The notes beneath the pieces were generated by a model. It saw only the letters and a program-made list of their open reading frames with translations. It did no database searches and was not told the DNA's origin. Positions 39,534 to 50,213 of a stretch of 64,000 bases of DNA are shown in pieces. The stretch lies in NCBI GenBank assembly GCA_902587315.1, contig CACIKW010000001.1, positions 29,844-93,843 of the forward strand, in the 5' to 3' direction. The position numbers and the translations under genes are program-made. The DNA is from an uncultured Pelagibacteraceae bacterium. Its GTDB lineage: Bacteria > Pseudomonadota > Alphaproteobacteria > Pelagibacterales > Pelagibacteraceae. Position 1 is the first letter of the stretch. Each line of letters starts with the position of its first letter.

Positions 39534-39564
39534 TAAGACTTAAAGTTTTAGTAAAATTTGATAT

Positions 39565-39594
39565 AAGGGCCCTTTATTAAGGGCCCTTTATTTT
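39565..39594 (+). terminator. hairpin after the TRAP SBP gene
   Basis: AAGGGCCCTT-TATT-AAGGGCCCTT followed by TATTTT. Confidence 0.7.
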
Positions 39595-39626
39595 ATGGGG
39601 TTTTGTTAAATATAGTATTTCGATTT

Positions 39627-40610
39627 ATGATTAAAAAAAATAATTTACCTGTATTAATTAGAATATTTAGTTATTCGATATTGGCTATTACTTTTGTTTT
39701 TTTAGTAAACAATGTTTTAACAGTTTGGTTTGATTGGCCTGGTGTTAAACAGTTATTTTCACAATATGGTTTATTTGGATTTGAAAAATTAAGTAAACCT
39801 TCAGAAGGATCAGCATTAACTTTTGCTTTTATTCAGTTATTTTTTTACATTGCTGCATTGTTAATGGTAATTTTTTACGTTTTTAAATCTATTAAACAAA
39901 CTTTAGAATCTGATGCAAAAATTCTCACTAAATTTACAGCTTATATTATTCGATCATCTTTCTGGGCAGTTTTAATTGTTGGAATTGCAGATGCAATAGT
40001 TTCATTTATGGTTGTTGAAAAATTAACTGGTCCAATCTTAGGTGAATATTTGAGAGTAAAATTAGTTATTCCAAATTTTAGAATTACGTATGTCCATTTT
40101 CCTTTAATATTGATTTCATTTGTAGTGGGATATTTTACAAGAACAGTAGGTTTTATTTGGTTGGCGATTTTAGTTGTTGCAAGTGAATTTTCAATTGTTC
40201 TATCTAGATTTATATTTGAGTATGAACAAGCTTTTCAAGGAGATTTAGTTCGTTTCTGGTATTCTGCTCTTTATCTTTTCGCTAGCGCATATGCTTTAAT
40301 GCACGAAGGTCATGTACGAGTAGATGTTTTATACACTGGTTTTAGCGAGCGAAAAAAAGCTTGGACAAACTCCATTGGATCATTGGTATTAGGAATTCCA
40401 CTTTGTCTTATTGTTATATTTTTAGGGATGGTTAATAAAGCGAGTATTATTAATGGTCCAGTTATTTCATTTGAAATTACGCAGCAAGGTTCAAATGGAC
40501 TTTATTTGCTTTATTTAATGGCAATATATTTAGCTGTATTTGCCGTAACTATGTTAACCCAATTTACTAGTTATTTTATGAGTAGCAGTCATAAACTTTT
40601 GAAAAATTAA
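39627..40610 (+). CDS. TRAP small permease DctQ (N-terminally extended)
   Basis: C-half has AY.L...GHVRVDVLY; position between SBP and DctM. ATG 39627 preferred. Confidence 0.85.
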   Translation: MIKKNNLPVLIRIFSYSILAITFVFLVNNVLTVWFDWPGVKQLFSQYGLFGFEKLSKPSEGSALTFAFIQLFFYIAALLMVIFYVFKSIKQTLESDAKILTKFTAYIIRSSFWAVLIVGIADAIVSFMVVEKLTGPILGEYLRVKLVIPNFRITYVHFPLILISFVVGYFTRTVGFIWLAILVVASEFSIVLSRFIFEYEQAFQGDLVRFWYSALYLFASAYALMHEGHVRVDVLYTGFSERKKAWTNSIGSLVLGIPLCLIVIFLGMVNKASIINGPVISFEITQQGSNGLYLLYLMAIYLAVFAVTMLTQFTSYFMSSSHKLLKN

Positions 40611-40613
40611 ACT

Positions 40614-43265
40614 ATGGAACATTTATTTTTATCTCTGCTTGTAATAATAATGATAGCAGCATTAGCTTCAGGTTTTCCCGTTGCTTTTGCATTACCGGGT
40701 TCAGCTATTATTTCAATAGGTCTTGCAGCTTTTTTTGGATATCTCTTTGAAGGAAACGCTAGTGCTTATTTTGCAACTGATGGTCCCATAGAATGGTTAA
40801 CGGCAGGTATTACAAATTTCAGGAGTAACTATTGGGATGTAGAAACCGACACTTTAATTGCAATACCTTTGTTTATTTTTATGGGAATAATGTTGCAAAA
40901 ATCTAAAATTGCAGAAGATCTTTTAGTAACCATGGGACAATTATTTGGTCCTATTCCAGGTGGATTAGGTATTTCGGTAATTTTTGTTGGGGCATTACTT
41001 GCGGCAACAACGGGAATAGTTGGAGCCACAGTAATTGCAATGGGTCTAATTTCACTGCCTACTATGTTGAATAATAAATATGATAGAAGTCTCGCAAGTG
41101 GAATTGTCTGTTCATCCGGAACACTAGGTCAAATAATACCTCCATCAATCGTTTTAATTATTATAGCTGATCAATTAGCTAGTGCATCCGATGTTGCAAA
41201 TACAATTAGACAGTCAGATTATAAGTTAATTACTGGTGAATTTAATATGCCTGGTGAGTTAAGAGTTGGATCCACAAGCGCTGGCGATATGTTTCTTGGA
41301 GCCTTGCTACCTGGATTAGTATTAGTTGGATTATATATGTTGTATGTGTTTGTATATGCAAGAATAAATCCAAAAGCAGCACCTCCCGTTCCATTCAAAG
41401 GTCAATTAGATTACAAATTTTGGATAAAAGTTATTATGGTAATAATTCCACCACTTGCATTAATTTTTGCAGTTCTTGGATCCATTTTAATGGGTATAGC
41501 AACAGTAAATCAAGCTGGTTCAATTGGAGCAATAGGAGCAACTTTGATGGCAGGTTATCGACTTCATCAAGGTAAAAAAGATGCTTTTTATCCTCTGATA
41601 ATAACTATCGTATCATTAATTCCTATTTTTATAATATCGAACAATTATAACTTAAACATTAAAGCTTTAGAAACTAGAAACTTAACTGCAATTTTGATCA
41701 CCGGTTTTTTTACTATAATATTTTTAATTGGTATTTCATGGAGTTTTTGGAGATCTTACAAGGTTGATAATGTTTTAAAAGAAGTCGTTACAGAAACTTG
41801 TGTGACCACATCGATGGTATTTATAATTCTTTTAGGAGCAGCGATGTTAACTTCAGGTTTCAGAGCTTTTGGAGGAGAAGAATTAGTAAGAGATTTTTTA
41901 CAAGATTTGCCCGGAGGATTTTGGACTCAGTTTATTGTTGTTATGGCAGTAATATTTTTATTGGGTTTTTTCCTTGATTTTATTGAAATTGCTGTTGTTG
42001 TTGTTCCTATTATTGCACCAATATTGCTAGCCGAAACTGGTGCTAACGTTAGTGCAATTTGGTTAGGCGTTATGATTGGAGTAAACTTGCAAACATCTTT
42101 CCTAACCCCTCCATTTGGTTTTGCTTTGTTTTATCTAAAAGGTGTTGCACCCAAGTATGTTACAACTTTAAATATTTGGAAAGGTGTTGTTCCTTTCATA
42201 ATATTACAACTTGTGGGACTTGGGATTGTTGGTTTTTATCCAAGTCTAGTAAATTATTTACCTGCAAGAACATATTTAACATCTCATGTAGCTCCGCCTC
42301 CAATGAATCCTAAGCTTCAACACTGTTTACAAGAATACAAATTTGCTATTTATAATAATGAAGAACAAAAAATCAGATCTGCAATTTCAAACTTTGAAAA
42401 ATTGGTACCTTCAAATCTTCCTAATGATAAATTGGATATTTTCGAAGAACATTTTGAAAATGCATTAGGAACTTTTGCATTAGTTAAAAAACTTCAAAAA
42501 ACTGAAAAAGAATACAATTTGTTTGTTAAAGATTACAGAGATCTGCATTATGGTGCAAGAAAAAGAGAGAAAAAAATTAGAAAAATAGAAAATAGAATAG
42601 AAAATTTAAAAGCTGAAATTAGAAATTTAGATAAAGATAAAGTTAGCGAAAAAAATAAAATAGAGCTTAAAATCGAAGATTATAAATTAGAAATTGATGA
42701 AATAACTAAAAAAATACCTGAGAATTGGAAATCTAGAAATAAAGAATTTGAAATTATTAATAAAGCAAAAAATACTCAGACAAAAAGATATAGAAAAAAT
42801 GTTGATGAAGCGTATGATAACTTAGATCAAATCGCCATGTTTATAAAAGATCATGATAAGTTAAATGAACTTTCTCCAGATATTAATAATTTAAAGAAAA
42901 ATGTTGTTAATGAAGATTATCAAAATTCAACTTCAATTATAGATAGTTTGTTTGAAAAAATTGGGGAAATTTCTGGAACAGAGGAATTTGCAAACAGATT
43001 AGATGATTTATATTCCTTACTTGATAGTGAAGAAAAAGATGTAGACAAGATTTCAGAAGCAAACTCAGAAGTTGTTATGTTATTTGATAAAGAAATAAAA
43101 TGGAGAAAAGATGCATCAGAAAATTTGATGCCAGAACTTGAAAAATATAATTTAGTAATAAAAAATAATATAGGTTTAAGACTCCAGTCTCGTTTAACTA
43201 AAGTTCAAGCTAAATTTGTTGCAAAATGTAATTCCATACATCGTGATATATCTTTAAATTTTTAA
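40614..43265 (+). CDS. TRAP large permease DctM with long C-terminal soluble domain
   Basis: GFPVAF, AIPLFIFMG, GTLGQIIPPS, QTSFLTPPFGFALFYL. Confidence 0.92.
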   Translation: MEHLFLSLLVIIMIAALASGFPVAFALPGSAIISIGLAAFFGYLFEGNASAYFATDGPIEWLTAGITNFRSNYWDVETDTLIAIPLFIFMGIMLQKSKIAEDLLVTMGQLFGPIPGGLGISVIFVGALLAATTGIVGATVIAMGLISLPTMLNNKYDRSLASGIVCSSGTLGQIIPPSIVLIIIADQLASASDVANTIRQSDYKLITGEFNMPGELRVGSTSAGDMFLGALLPGLVLVGLYMLYVFVYARINPKAAPPVPFKGQLDYKFWIKVIMVIIPPLALIFAVLGSILMGIATVNQAGSIGAIGATLMAGYRLHQGKKDAFYPLIITIVSLIPIFIISNNYNLNIKALETRNLTAILITGFFTIIFLIGISWSFWRSYKVDNVLKEVVTETCVTTSMVFIILLGAAMLTSGFRAFGGEELVRDFLQDLPGGFWTQFIVVMAVIFLLGFFLDFIEIAVVVVPIIAPILLAETGANVSAIWLGVMIGVNLQTSFLTPPFGFALFYLKGVAPKYVTTLNIWKGVVPFIILQLVGLGIVGFYPSLVNYLPARTYLTSHVAPPPMNPKLQHCLQEYKFAIYNNEEQKIRSAISNFEKLVPSNLPNDKLDIFEEHFENALGTFALVKKLQKTEKEYNLFVKDYRDLHYGARKREKKIRKIENRIENLKAEIRNLDKDKVSEKNKIELKIEDYKLEIDEITKKIPENWKSRNKEFEIINKAKNTQTKRYRKNVDEAYDNLDQIAMFIKDHDKLNELSPDINNLKKNVVNEDYQNSTSIIDSLFEKIGEISGTEEFANRLDDLYSLLDSEEKDVDKISEANSEVVMLFDKEIKWRKDASENLMPELEKYNLVIKNNIGLRLQSRLTKVQAKFVAKCNSIHRDISLNF

Positions 43266-43274
43266 TATAATTTA

Positions 43275-44489
43275 ATGGAAAAAAATATTTTACCGATCAA
43301 AAAAGCGGTCTTAATCTTTTTTGTATTTGCTTGTGGATATTTTATATCAGCTCTTTTAAGAGCAATTACAGCAACTTTATCACCATTATTAACTTTGGAA
43401 TTTAATTTAACTGCTGGTGATCTTGGATTATTAGCCGGTGGTTATTTTTTAGGATTTGCATCTATGCAAATACCTCTTGGCTATTTACTTGATAGGCACG
43501 GTCCAAAAAAAGTTGTTTCGTCATTTTTGTTAATTGCAATTATTGGTACGGTAGCATTTGCTTTGGCTCAAAGCTTTTCTGGTTTACTTATATCTAGAAT
43601 TTTGATTGGAGTTGGTGTCAGTGCTTGCTTAATGGGACCTTTAACTGGTTACAGAATTTGGTTTGCAGATGAATACCAGCAAAGAGCTAATGCATGGATG
43701 TTAATGGTACTTTCAATGGGTTTTGTTTTTTCAACATTACCCGTACAGCTTTTATTACCAATCATTGGATGGAGATGGATATTTGGTTTAATTGGTATTT
43801 TAATATTTCTTATTATTTTTTTAACAATACTTTTTATTCCATCATGGGAGTCAAAAGATAATAATCATGAGAATAATGCAGGAACTTTATCAGATGTCTG
43901 GAAAAATAAATTTTTTAGAAGCACAATTCCTTTAGGCTTATTTAATTATGGGGGTATGGTTGCAATTCAAACTTTATGGGCAGGTCCTTGGATGGTTAGA
44001 GTTGCAGGTTATACACCATTACAAAGCGCAACCGGACTTTTTTGGATAAATACAACAATGCTAATTGCATTTTTTTTATTTGGTTACATTTTACCTAAAA
44101 TTACAAAGCTAGGATTAGAGTCTAAGAAATTAATGAAAATTGGATTGCCAATTAGTTATTTATCATTATTTGTAATTATTATTTCAGGTGAAAGTGCAGG
44201 TGCAGTACATTTTACAATTTATTTACTTACTTCAATTGTGTTAACCCTTACACAGCCTGCTGTAGCATTATCTTTTCCAACTAGTTTAGCAGGAAAATCA
44301 CTTACATCATTTAATTTACTTATTTTTGTTGGAACCTTTTTAATGCAGTGGGGTATTGGTTTAATAATTGATTTATCACAATTTTATGGCAAAGGAGAAA
44401 TACTGAGTTTTCAAATTTCTTTTTTTGTTTATTTAATAATATGTATTTTTAGTTATTTATATTTTTTGTTAAAAAATAGAAATGAATAA
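43275..44489 (+). CDS. MFS transporter
   Basis: Motif A QIPLG.LLDRHGPKK; about 12 TM. Confidence 0.9.
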   Translation: MEKNILPIKKAVLIFFVFACGYFISALLRAITATLSPLLTLEFNLTAGDLGLLAGGYFLGFASMQIPLGYLLDRHGPKKVVSSFLLIAIIGTVAFALAQSFSGLLISRILIGVGVSACLMGPLTGYRIWFADEYQQRANAWMLMVLSMGFVFSTLPVQLLLPIIGWRWIFGLIGILIFLIIFLTILFIPSWESKDNNHENNAGTLSDVWKNKFFRSTIPLGLFNYGGMVAIQTLWAGPWMVRVAGYTPLQSATGLFWINTTMLIAFFLFGYILPKITKLGLESKKLMKIGLPISYLSLFVIIISGESAGAVHFTIYLLTSIVLTLTQPAVALSFPTSLAGKSLTSFNLLIFVGTFLMQWGIGLIIDLSQFYGKGEILSFQISFFVYLIICIFSYLYFLLKNRNE

Positions 44490-45285
44490 TATTTATATCA
44501 AATCATTTTTTTTATTAATTCTGATTTATGTTGGTATCACAGTTGTTATATACTTTTATCAAAGGAAACTGCTTTATCATCCATTTAGTACTCAGATAAC
44601 AGGAGAAGGTTTAATACATAATTTTGAAACTATTAATTTTAAAACTCCTGATAATCTTTTGTTAAAAGGGTGGTTTCACTTAAAAGACTCTAAAAAAAAA
44701 ACAATACTTTTTTTACATGGCAATGCAGGCAATTTAGATAATAGAATTGATAAACTTAATTCCATAGGACGTATGGATGTAAATTTTTTAATAATTGCAT
44801 GGAGAGGATATAGTGGAAATCCAGGCAAACCTAGCGAAGAAGGTTTATATAAAGACGCGCTCGGTGGTATAAAATGGCTTAATGAAAAAGGAATTTCCAA
44901 AGATCAAATTGTATTATATGGGGAGTCTCTTGGAACAGCCATAGCCACTGAAGTTGGTCAAAATAATAATTTTGCAGGCATAATTTTAGAAGCACCATTT
45001 ACTTCGATGGTAGATATGGGTCAAAAGATATATCCAATTTTTCCAGTTAAATTTCTTCTTAAGGACAAATATGAAACAAAAAAAAAAATTCACAATATCA
45101 AATATCCTATTTTAATTATGCACGGTAAAAAAGATAAAATAGTTCCATTTTATATGGGTGAAAAAATTTATTCTCTGGCAAATGAAAAAAAATCAAAGTA
45201 TTTCACTGAAAATGATGATCATATGATGGTGTTTGATATTAATTTAAATAATGCAATAAGTGATTTTTTAAAGAGTTTAAGTTAA
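44482..45285 (+). CDS. alpha/beta hydrolase (BEM46/ABHD13-like)
   Basis: HGNAGN, RGYS...G.PSE.G, GESLG, HG..D..VP. Confidence 0.88.
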   Translation: MNNIYIKSFFLLILIYVGITVVIYFYQRKLLYHPFSTQITGEGLIHNFETINFKTPDNLLLKGWFHLKDSKKKTILFLHGNAGNLDNRIDKLNSIGRMDVNFLIIAWRGYSGNPGKPSEEGLYKDALGGIKWLNEKGISKDQIVLYGESLGTAIATEVGQNNNFAGIILEAPFTSMVDMGQKIYPIFPVKFLLKDKYETKKKIHNIKYPILIMHGKKDKIVPFYMGEKIYSLANEKKSKYFTENDDHMMVFDINLNNAISDFLKSLS

Positions 45286-46200
45286 CTATTTTTGAACAAA
45301 AGCTTTAGCAAATTTTTCTGCGTCAAAAGTTTGTAGATCATCTTCTTTTTCTCCAAGACCCAAACCTATAATTGGTAATTTATATTTTTTAGCCAGAGCC
45401 AGAAGAATGCCTCCTTTTGCCGTTCCATCCAATTTAGTCATAATTAAACCTGTTAAAGGAATAATTTTATTAAATTCTTCTACTTGATTAATAACATTTT
45501 GACCTGAAGTAGCATCCAATACCAGTATTATTTGGTGTGGTGCCTCATTATCAATTTTTTTAGCAACATTTGCAATTTTTTTGTATTCATCCATTAAATT
45601 TTTTTTATTTTGTAATCTTCCAGCTGTATCAATAATTACTTGATTTAAATTTTTTTCTTTCGCATGTTGAATTGCTTTAAATGCAACAGACGCCGGGTCA
45701 GAACCTGGATTAGATTTAATAATTTCAACACCTATTTTTTTGGCCCATTTTTCTAATTGATCAATTGCAGCGGCTCTAAATGTATCACTCGCGGAAAAGA
45801 CAACTCTGCTTCCATTATCTTTTAAGATTTTACCAATTTTTCCAATAGTTGTTGTTTTCCCAACGCCATTAACTCCTGAAATTAAAACTATATTCAATTT
45901 ATTCTGATTGTTAAAAAAATCATTTTTTTCTAATGGTTTCATTGTGTTTATAATGTAATCAATTAATATTTTATTCACTTCATCAACTGGATTTAATTTT
46001 GGATCAATTTTTTTTTCTGAAATAATTTTTCTTATATCTGAGGATGCTTCAACACCCACATCAGATTTAATTAATAGTTCTTCAATTTCATCAAGAGTTT
46101 TATCATCAATCTCTTTTTTTATTATAATTTCTCTAAGTCCTGACGTAATATTTTCAGCACTTTTTTTAAAACCTAATTTAAATTTTTCAAATATTCCCAT
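45286..46200 (-). CDS. ftsY: SRP receptor FtsY
   Basis: GVNGVGKTTT, DTFRAAA, DTAGR, TKLDGTAKGG. Confidence 0.97.
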   Translation of the reverse strand: MGIFEKFKLGFKKSAENITSGLREIIIKKEIDDKTLDEIEELLIKSDVGVEASSDIRKIISEKKIDPKLNPVDEVNKILIDYIINTMKPLEKNDFFNNQNKLNIVLISGVNGVGKTTTIGKIGKILKDNGSRVVFSASDTFRAAAIDQLEKWAKKIGVEIIKSNPGSDPASVAFKAIQHAKEKNLNQVIIDTAGRLQNKKNLMDEYKKIANVAKKIDNEAPHQIILVLDATSGQNVINQVEEFNKIIPLTGLIMTKLDGTAKGGILLALAKKYKLPIIGLGLGEKEDDLQTFDAEKFAKAFVQK

Positions 46201-47024
46201 TATAATTTTATTTGAATTTCTTTTATTTTTGAAACTGGACCAAGCATAGAAATTGAATTATCAGTTTCAATTTTTATTGAAAGATCACCTAACTCGAATT
46301 TAATTATTGTTTCGTTTAATGTTAGTCCATTTACAAATCCTGCAAATGCTGTAGCGCAAGCAGCAGTACCACAAGCTTTAGTTAGGCCAGCTCCCCTTTC
46401 CCATACTTTTACTTTAACGCTTTTATTGTCTAAAATATTTGCAATTGTGACATTGCATTTTTCAGGAAACAATTCATGATTTTCTATCTCTGGTCCAATT
46501 TTTTCTAATTTGTAATTTTCTATATTTTCTACAAAAAATATAATATGAGGATTTCCTACATTTACTGCCATTCCACCTTTAAAGTTTTCATTATTTATTG
46601 ATTTTATATTTATTCCTAAATTTTTTGTATTTATTTTTCTTGATAATGGAATTTTTTCCCATTCCATTGTGCCTTTTCCAATATTTGTTTCAACTATATC
46701 GTTGTCCAGTATCTTTGAAATTAAATTACCCGAAGATGTTTCTACATCAATTACATTTTTTTTACTTTCTTGCGAAAGGAGTTTTGCTACACATCTTGTT
46801 CCATTTCCACATGCATTTGAAACACTTCCATCAGAATTATAAAAAAATAATGAATTTTTATTTGAATTTATTTTATTTATTAAAATTAGCTGATCACAAC
46901 CAATATAATTTCTGTCACAAATTTGTATAACTTGTTCTTTTGTCAGATTTAAATCTTTTGATCTTTGATCAATAATGACAAAATCATTTCCTAACCCATC
47001 CATTTTAAATGCTTTAAAATCCAT
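46200..47024 (-). CDS. dapF: diaminopimelate epimerase
   Basis: KM.GLGNDF, ACGNG.RC, GNPH, WERGAG.T.ACGT. Confidence 0.96.
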   Translation of the reverse strand: MDFKAFKMDGLGNDFVIIDQRSKDLNLTKEQVIQICDRNYIGCDQLILINKINSNKNSLFFYNSDGSVSNACGNGTRCVAKLLSQESKKNVIDVETSSGNLISKILDNDIVETNIGKGTMEWEKIPLSRKINTKNLGINIKSINNENFKGGMAVNVGNPHIIFFVENIENYKLEKIGPEIENHELFPEKCNVTIANILDNKSVKVKVWERGAGLTKACGTAACATAFAGFVNGLTLNETIIKFELGDLSIKIETDNSISMLGPVSKIKEIQIKL

Positions 47025-47086
47025 ATATTTAAATACTTAACTTATTTATTGACTTTTTGAACCTCTATTATAGGTTGTTGCCGTTT

Positions 47087-47165
47087 CCGCAAAAAACAAC
47101 AATTTGCGGTGCCTTTGGAAACAAAGGGATCGACACTAGTCAGCGAGGGTTCGCCCACTAGTGCG
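47087..47165 (+). ncRNA. structured ffh leader (ffh RNA motif)
   Basis: Three hairpins upstream of ffh: CCGCAAA/TTTGCGG, CCTTTG-GAAA-CAAAGG, CACTAGT..GCGA-GGGT-TCGC..ACTAGTG. An ffh-upstream RNA motif is known in Pelagibacter and other alphaproteobacteria. Confidence 0.7.
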
Positions 47166-47184
47166 TTAGTTGCTGGATGAAATT

Positions 47185-48543
47185 ATGTTTGAAAATTTAA
47201 CAAATAAATTTGAAGAAGTATTTTCTTCATTTAAAAAAGCGCCTTCACTTGATGAAAAACAAGTTGATGAAGGATTAAGAGTAATTAGACAGGCTTTACT
47301 AGAAGCAGACGTAGCAGTAGATGTAGCAAAAGAATTCATTAACAAAGTAAAACCTAAAGCCTTAGGCCAAGAAATAATCAGATCTACATCACCAGGCCAA
47401 ATGGTCGTTAAAATTGTTCATGATGAACTAGTTGATTTTTTAGGATCTAGTAATTCTGCAATAAGTCTCAATGCTGTTCCACCAGTTCCAATAATGTTAG
47501 TAGGTCTTCAAGGTTCAGGAAAAACTACTACAACAGCTAAAATTGCTAGGTACTTGGAAAAAAATAATAAAAAAAAAGTAATGATGGTCAGCTTGGACGT
47601 ATACAGACCAGCGGCTCAAGAACAGTTAAAATTACTAGGAGAACAAAATAACATATTAACTCTACCAGTGGTCGAAGACCAGCAACCCCCTGATATATGT
47701 AGAAGGGCAATAAGTGCAGCTAATCTTAATGGGGCTGAAGTTATTTTATTTGATACAGCAGGAAGAACACAAATTGATCTACAAATGATGGGTGAAATAA
47801 AACAGGTAGCCAGCATAATTAATCCAACAGAAACTCTTTTAGTAGCAGATTCATTAACGGGACAAGTAGCAGCTGAGGTTGCAAAAGAATTTAATAAAAC
47901 CGTTAATCTTTCAGGAATTGTTTTGACTAGGGCAGACGGGGATGCACGAGGTGGTGCTGCTTTAAGTATGAAATATGTTGCAGAAGTTCCTGTAAAATTT
48001 TTAGGAATTGGAGAAAAAATCGATAATATTGAAGTATTTCATCCAGATAGAATAGCTAATCGTATTTTAGGCATGGGAGATATTGTTTCTCTAGTAGAAA
48101 AAGCAGCAGATGAGATTGATGAAGAAAAATTAAAAAAAACAGAAGAAAATTTAAAAAAAGGTCAATTTTCAATGGAAGATTATTTATCTCAACTAAGACA
48201 AATGAAAAAAATGGGAGGCATTGAGGGAGTGATGTCTTTTTTACCAGGTGTTTCTAAAATTAAATCTCAAATGGATCAAGCAGGGATAGATGAAAAAATA
48301 GTCACTCAGAATGAAGCGATAATATTGTCTATGACAAAAAAAGAGAGAGAAAATCCAAAAATAATAAATGGATCAAGACGAAAAAGAATTGCTAATGGCT
48401 CTGGAACAGATGTGGCCACTATCAATAAATTGTTAAAACAATTTAAAATGATGTCTGAAATGATGAAAAAGATGTCAAAAGGAAATATTAAAGGAATGGC
48501 AGACAAAGGAATACCGCCAGAACTATTTAATCAACTAAAATAA
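47185..48543 (+). CDS. ffh: signal recognition particle protein Ffh
   Basis: MFENL start (ATG 47185), GLQGSGKTTT, DVYRPAA, DTAGR, RILGMGD, M domain. Confidence 0.97.
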   Translation: MFENLTNKFEEVFSSFKKAPSLDEKQVDEGLRVIRQALLEADVAVDVAKEFINKVKPKALGQEIIRSTSPGQMVVKIVHDELVDFLGSSNSAISLNAVPPVPIMLVGLQGSGKTTTTAKIARYLEKNNKKKVMMVSLDVYRPAAQEQLKLLGEQNNILTLPVVEDQQPPDICRRAISAANLNGAEVILFDTAGRTQIDLQMMGEIKQVASIINPTETLLVADSLTGQVAAEVAKEFNKTVNLSGIVLTRADGDARGGAALSMKYVAEVPVKFLGIGEKIDNIEVFHPDRIANRILGMGDIVSLVEKAADEIDEEKLKKTEENLKKGQFSMEDYLSQLRQMKKMGGIEGVMSFLPGVSKIKSQMDQAGIDEKIVTQNEAIILSMTKKERENPKIINGSRRKRIANGSGTDVATINKLLKQFKMMSEMMKKMSKGNIKGMADKGIPPELFNQLK

Positions 48544-48555
48544 AAAAGGAGAGAA

Positions 48556-48945
48556 ATGTTAAAACTTAGACTATCAATGGGAGGAACCAAAAAAAGACCA
48601 GTATACAAAATTGTAGTTGCAGACAGTAGATTTCCAAGAGATGGAAGATTTATTGAAAAGCTGGGATTCTTCAATCCACTACTACCCAAAGAAAAAAAAG
48701 AAAGAATTGGTTTGCAATCTGAAAGAATTAAATATTGGTTAGGTCAAGGAGCAAAACCAACAATAAGAGTTGCTAGAATTTTAGGAGAAAATAAATTAAT
48801 TGAAATGCCAGCTAGTGGAAACAATCCATTAAAAGCCATTCCTAAAAAAGATAGAAAAAAAGAGGAAACCAAAGAGAAAAAAGCAGAAGCACCTAAGGCA
48901 GAAGAGAAAAAAGCAGAAGCACCTAAGGCAGAAGAGAAAAAATAA
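48556..48945 (+). CDS. rpsP: 30S ribosomal protein S16
   Basis: [33 protein letters not shown]. Confidence 0.97.
   Translation: MLKLRLSMGGTKKRPVYKIVVADSRFPRDGRFIEKLGFFNPLLPKEKKERIGLQSERIKYWLGQGAKPTIRVARILGENKLIEMPASGNNPLKAIPKKDRKKEETKEKKAEAPKAEEKKAEAPKAEEKK
48872..48942 (+). repeat. perfect 30-bp tandem repeat (~2.4 copies) in the rpsP 3' end
   Basis: AAGAGAAAAAAGCAGAAGCACCTAAGGCAG x2 plus a partial copy; encodes [10 protein letters not shown]. Confidence 0.9.
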
Positions 48946-48947
48946 TT

Positions 48948-49634
48948 ATGTTTAGAGTTCAAATATTTACGCTTTATCCAGATTTGTTTCCAGGACCTTT
49001 AGGAGAAGGTTTATATGGAAAAGCGTTATCAAAAAAAATTTGGGATTTAAAGGTAACAAATATTAGAAACTATGCTTTAGACAAACATAAAACAGTTGAT
49101 GATACTACATTTGGCGGTGGGTCAGGAATGTTAATTAAGCCTGATGTAGTTGCTAAGTCATTGGATGAAAATATTTCAGATGGAGAAAAAATATTTTATC
49201 TTACTCCGAAAGGAAGCTTATTTAATCAAAATACAGCAAAAGAACTTTCAAAAGAAAAGTCAATTAATTTAATTTGTGGTCACTTCGAAGGCATTGACCA
49301 AAGAGTAATTGATAACAGAAAAATACAAGAATTAAGCATCGGAGATTTTGTATTATCCGGAGGAGAAACTGCCGCTTTTGTAATATTAGATTCTATATTA
49401 AGATTAATTCCAGGAGTAATTGGAAATAAAAATTCAATTACTGAAGAAAGTTTTGAAAATGGGTTATTGGAGTATCCACAATACACAAAACCTCAAATTT
49501 GGGAAAAAAATAGCGTACCAGAAGTACTTTTATCGGGAGATCATGGTAAAATTAAAGACTGGCGTTTATCTCAATCTGAAGCTATAACTCGCGACCGAAG
49601 ACCAGACTTGTGGCAAAAATATAAAAAGGACTAA
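48948..49634 (+). CDS. trmD: tRNA (guanine37-N1)-methyltransferase
   Basis: [37 protein letters not shown]. Confidence 0.97.
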   Translation: MFRVQIFTLYPDLFPGPLGEGLYGKALSKKIWDLKVTNIRNYALDKHKTVDDTTFGGGSGMLIKPDVVAKSLDENISDGEKIFYLTPKGSLFNQNTAKELSKEKSINLICGHFEGIDQRVIDNRKIQELSIGDFVLSGGETAAFVILDSILRLIPGVIGNKNSITEESFENGLLEYPQYTKPQIWEKNSVPEVLLSGDHGKIKDWRLSQSEAITRDRRPDLWQKYKKD

Positions 49635-49635
49635 A

Positions 49636-50202
49636 TTGATAAATATTAACATGAAAACAATTGAAGATATCAACAGAGCAAATATTAAAAAAATAATAGC
49701 TGAAAAAAAAATTCCTGATTTTTTTCCTGGCGACATAGTAAAAGTTGGTGTTAGAATTACAGAAGGAAAAAGAGATAGAATTCAATATTTTGAAGGTGTA
49801 TGTATTGCAAAAAAAAATAGAGATTTGAATTCATCATTTACCGTAAGAAAAATTTCTTTTGGAGAAGGCGTTGAAAGAACATTTGCTTTATATAGTTCAA
49901 TAATAAGCTCAATAAAAGTAATTAGGTTAGGAAAAGTAAGAAAAGCAAAACTATATTATTTAAGAGATAGAACAGGAAAATCTGCAAGAATAACTGAAAA
50001 AATAAAAAAGAAAATTGGTATTGATATTGATGTTAAAGCAGAACCTTCCAGTGAAGAAAAATTAGAGATAAAATCTGAAAATAAAGTAGAAGAAAATTTT
50101 AAAGCTGAAGACAAAAAACAAGAAGCTTCAAATGTTAAAGAAAAAAAAGATGAACCAAAAAAGAAAGTTTTAAAAGAAAAAAGTCCTGAAAAGAAAAAAT
50201 AA
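49636..50202 (+). CDS. rplS: 50S ribosomal protein L19 with charged C-terminal tail
   Basis: [34 protein letters not shown]. Start is TTG 49636 or ATG 49651. Confidence 0.95.
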   Translation: MININMKTIEDINRANIKKIIAEKKIPDFFPGDIVKVGVRITEGKRDRIQYFEGVCIAKKNRDLNSSFTVRKISFGEGVERTFALYSSIISSIKVIRLGKVRKAKLYYLRDRTGKSARITEKIKKKIGIDIDVKAEPSSEEKLEIKSENKVEENFKAEDKKQEASNVKEKKDEPKKKVLKEKSPEKKK

Positions 50203-50213
50203 TTTTTTTCTAA

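Noticed and set aside
47087-47165. SRP 4.5S RNA
   Set aside because: Lacks the long stem with the conserved domain IV (CAGG..GGAA..AGCAG); better explained as the ffh leader.
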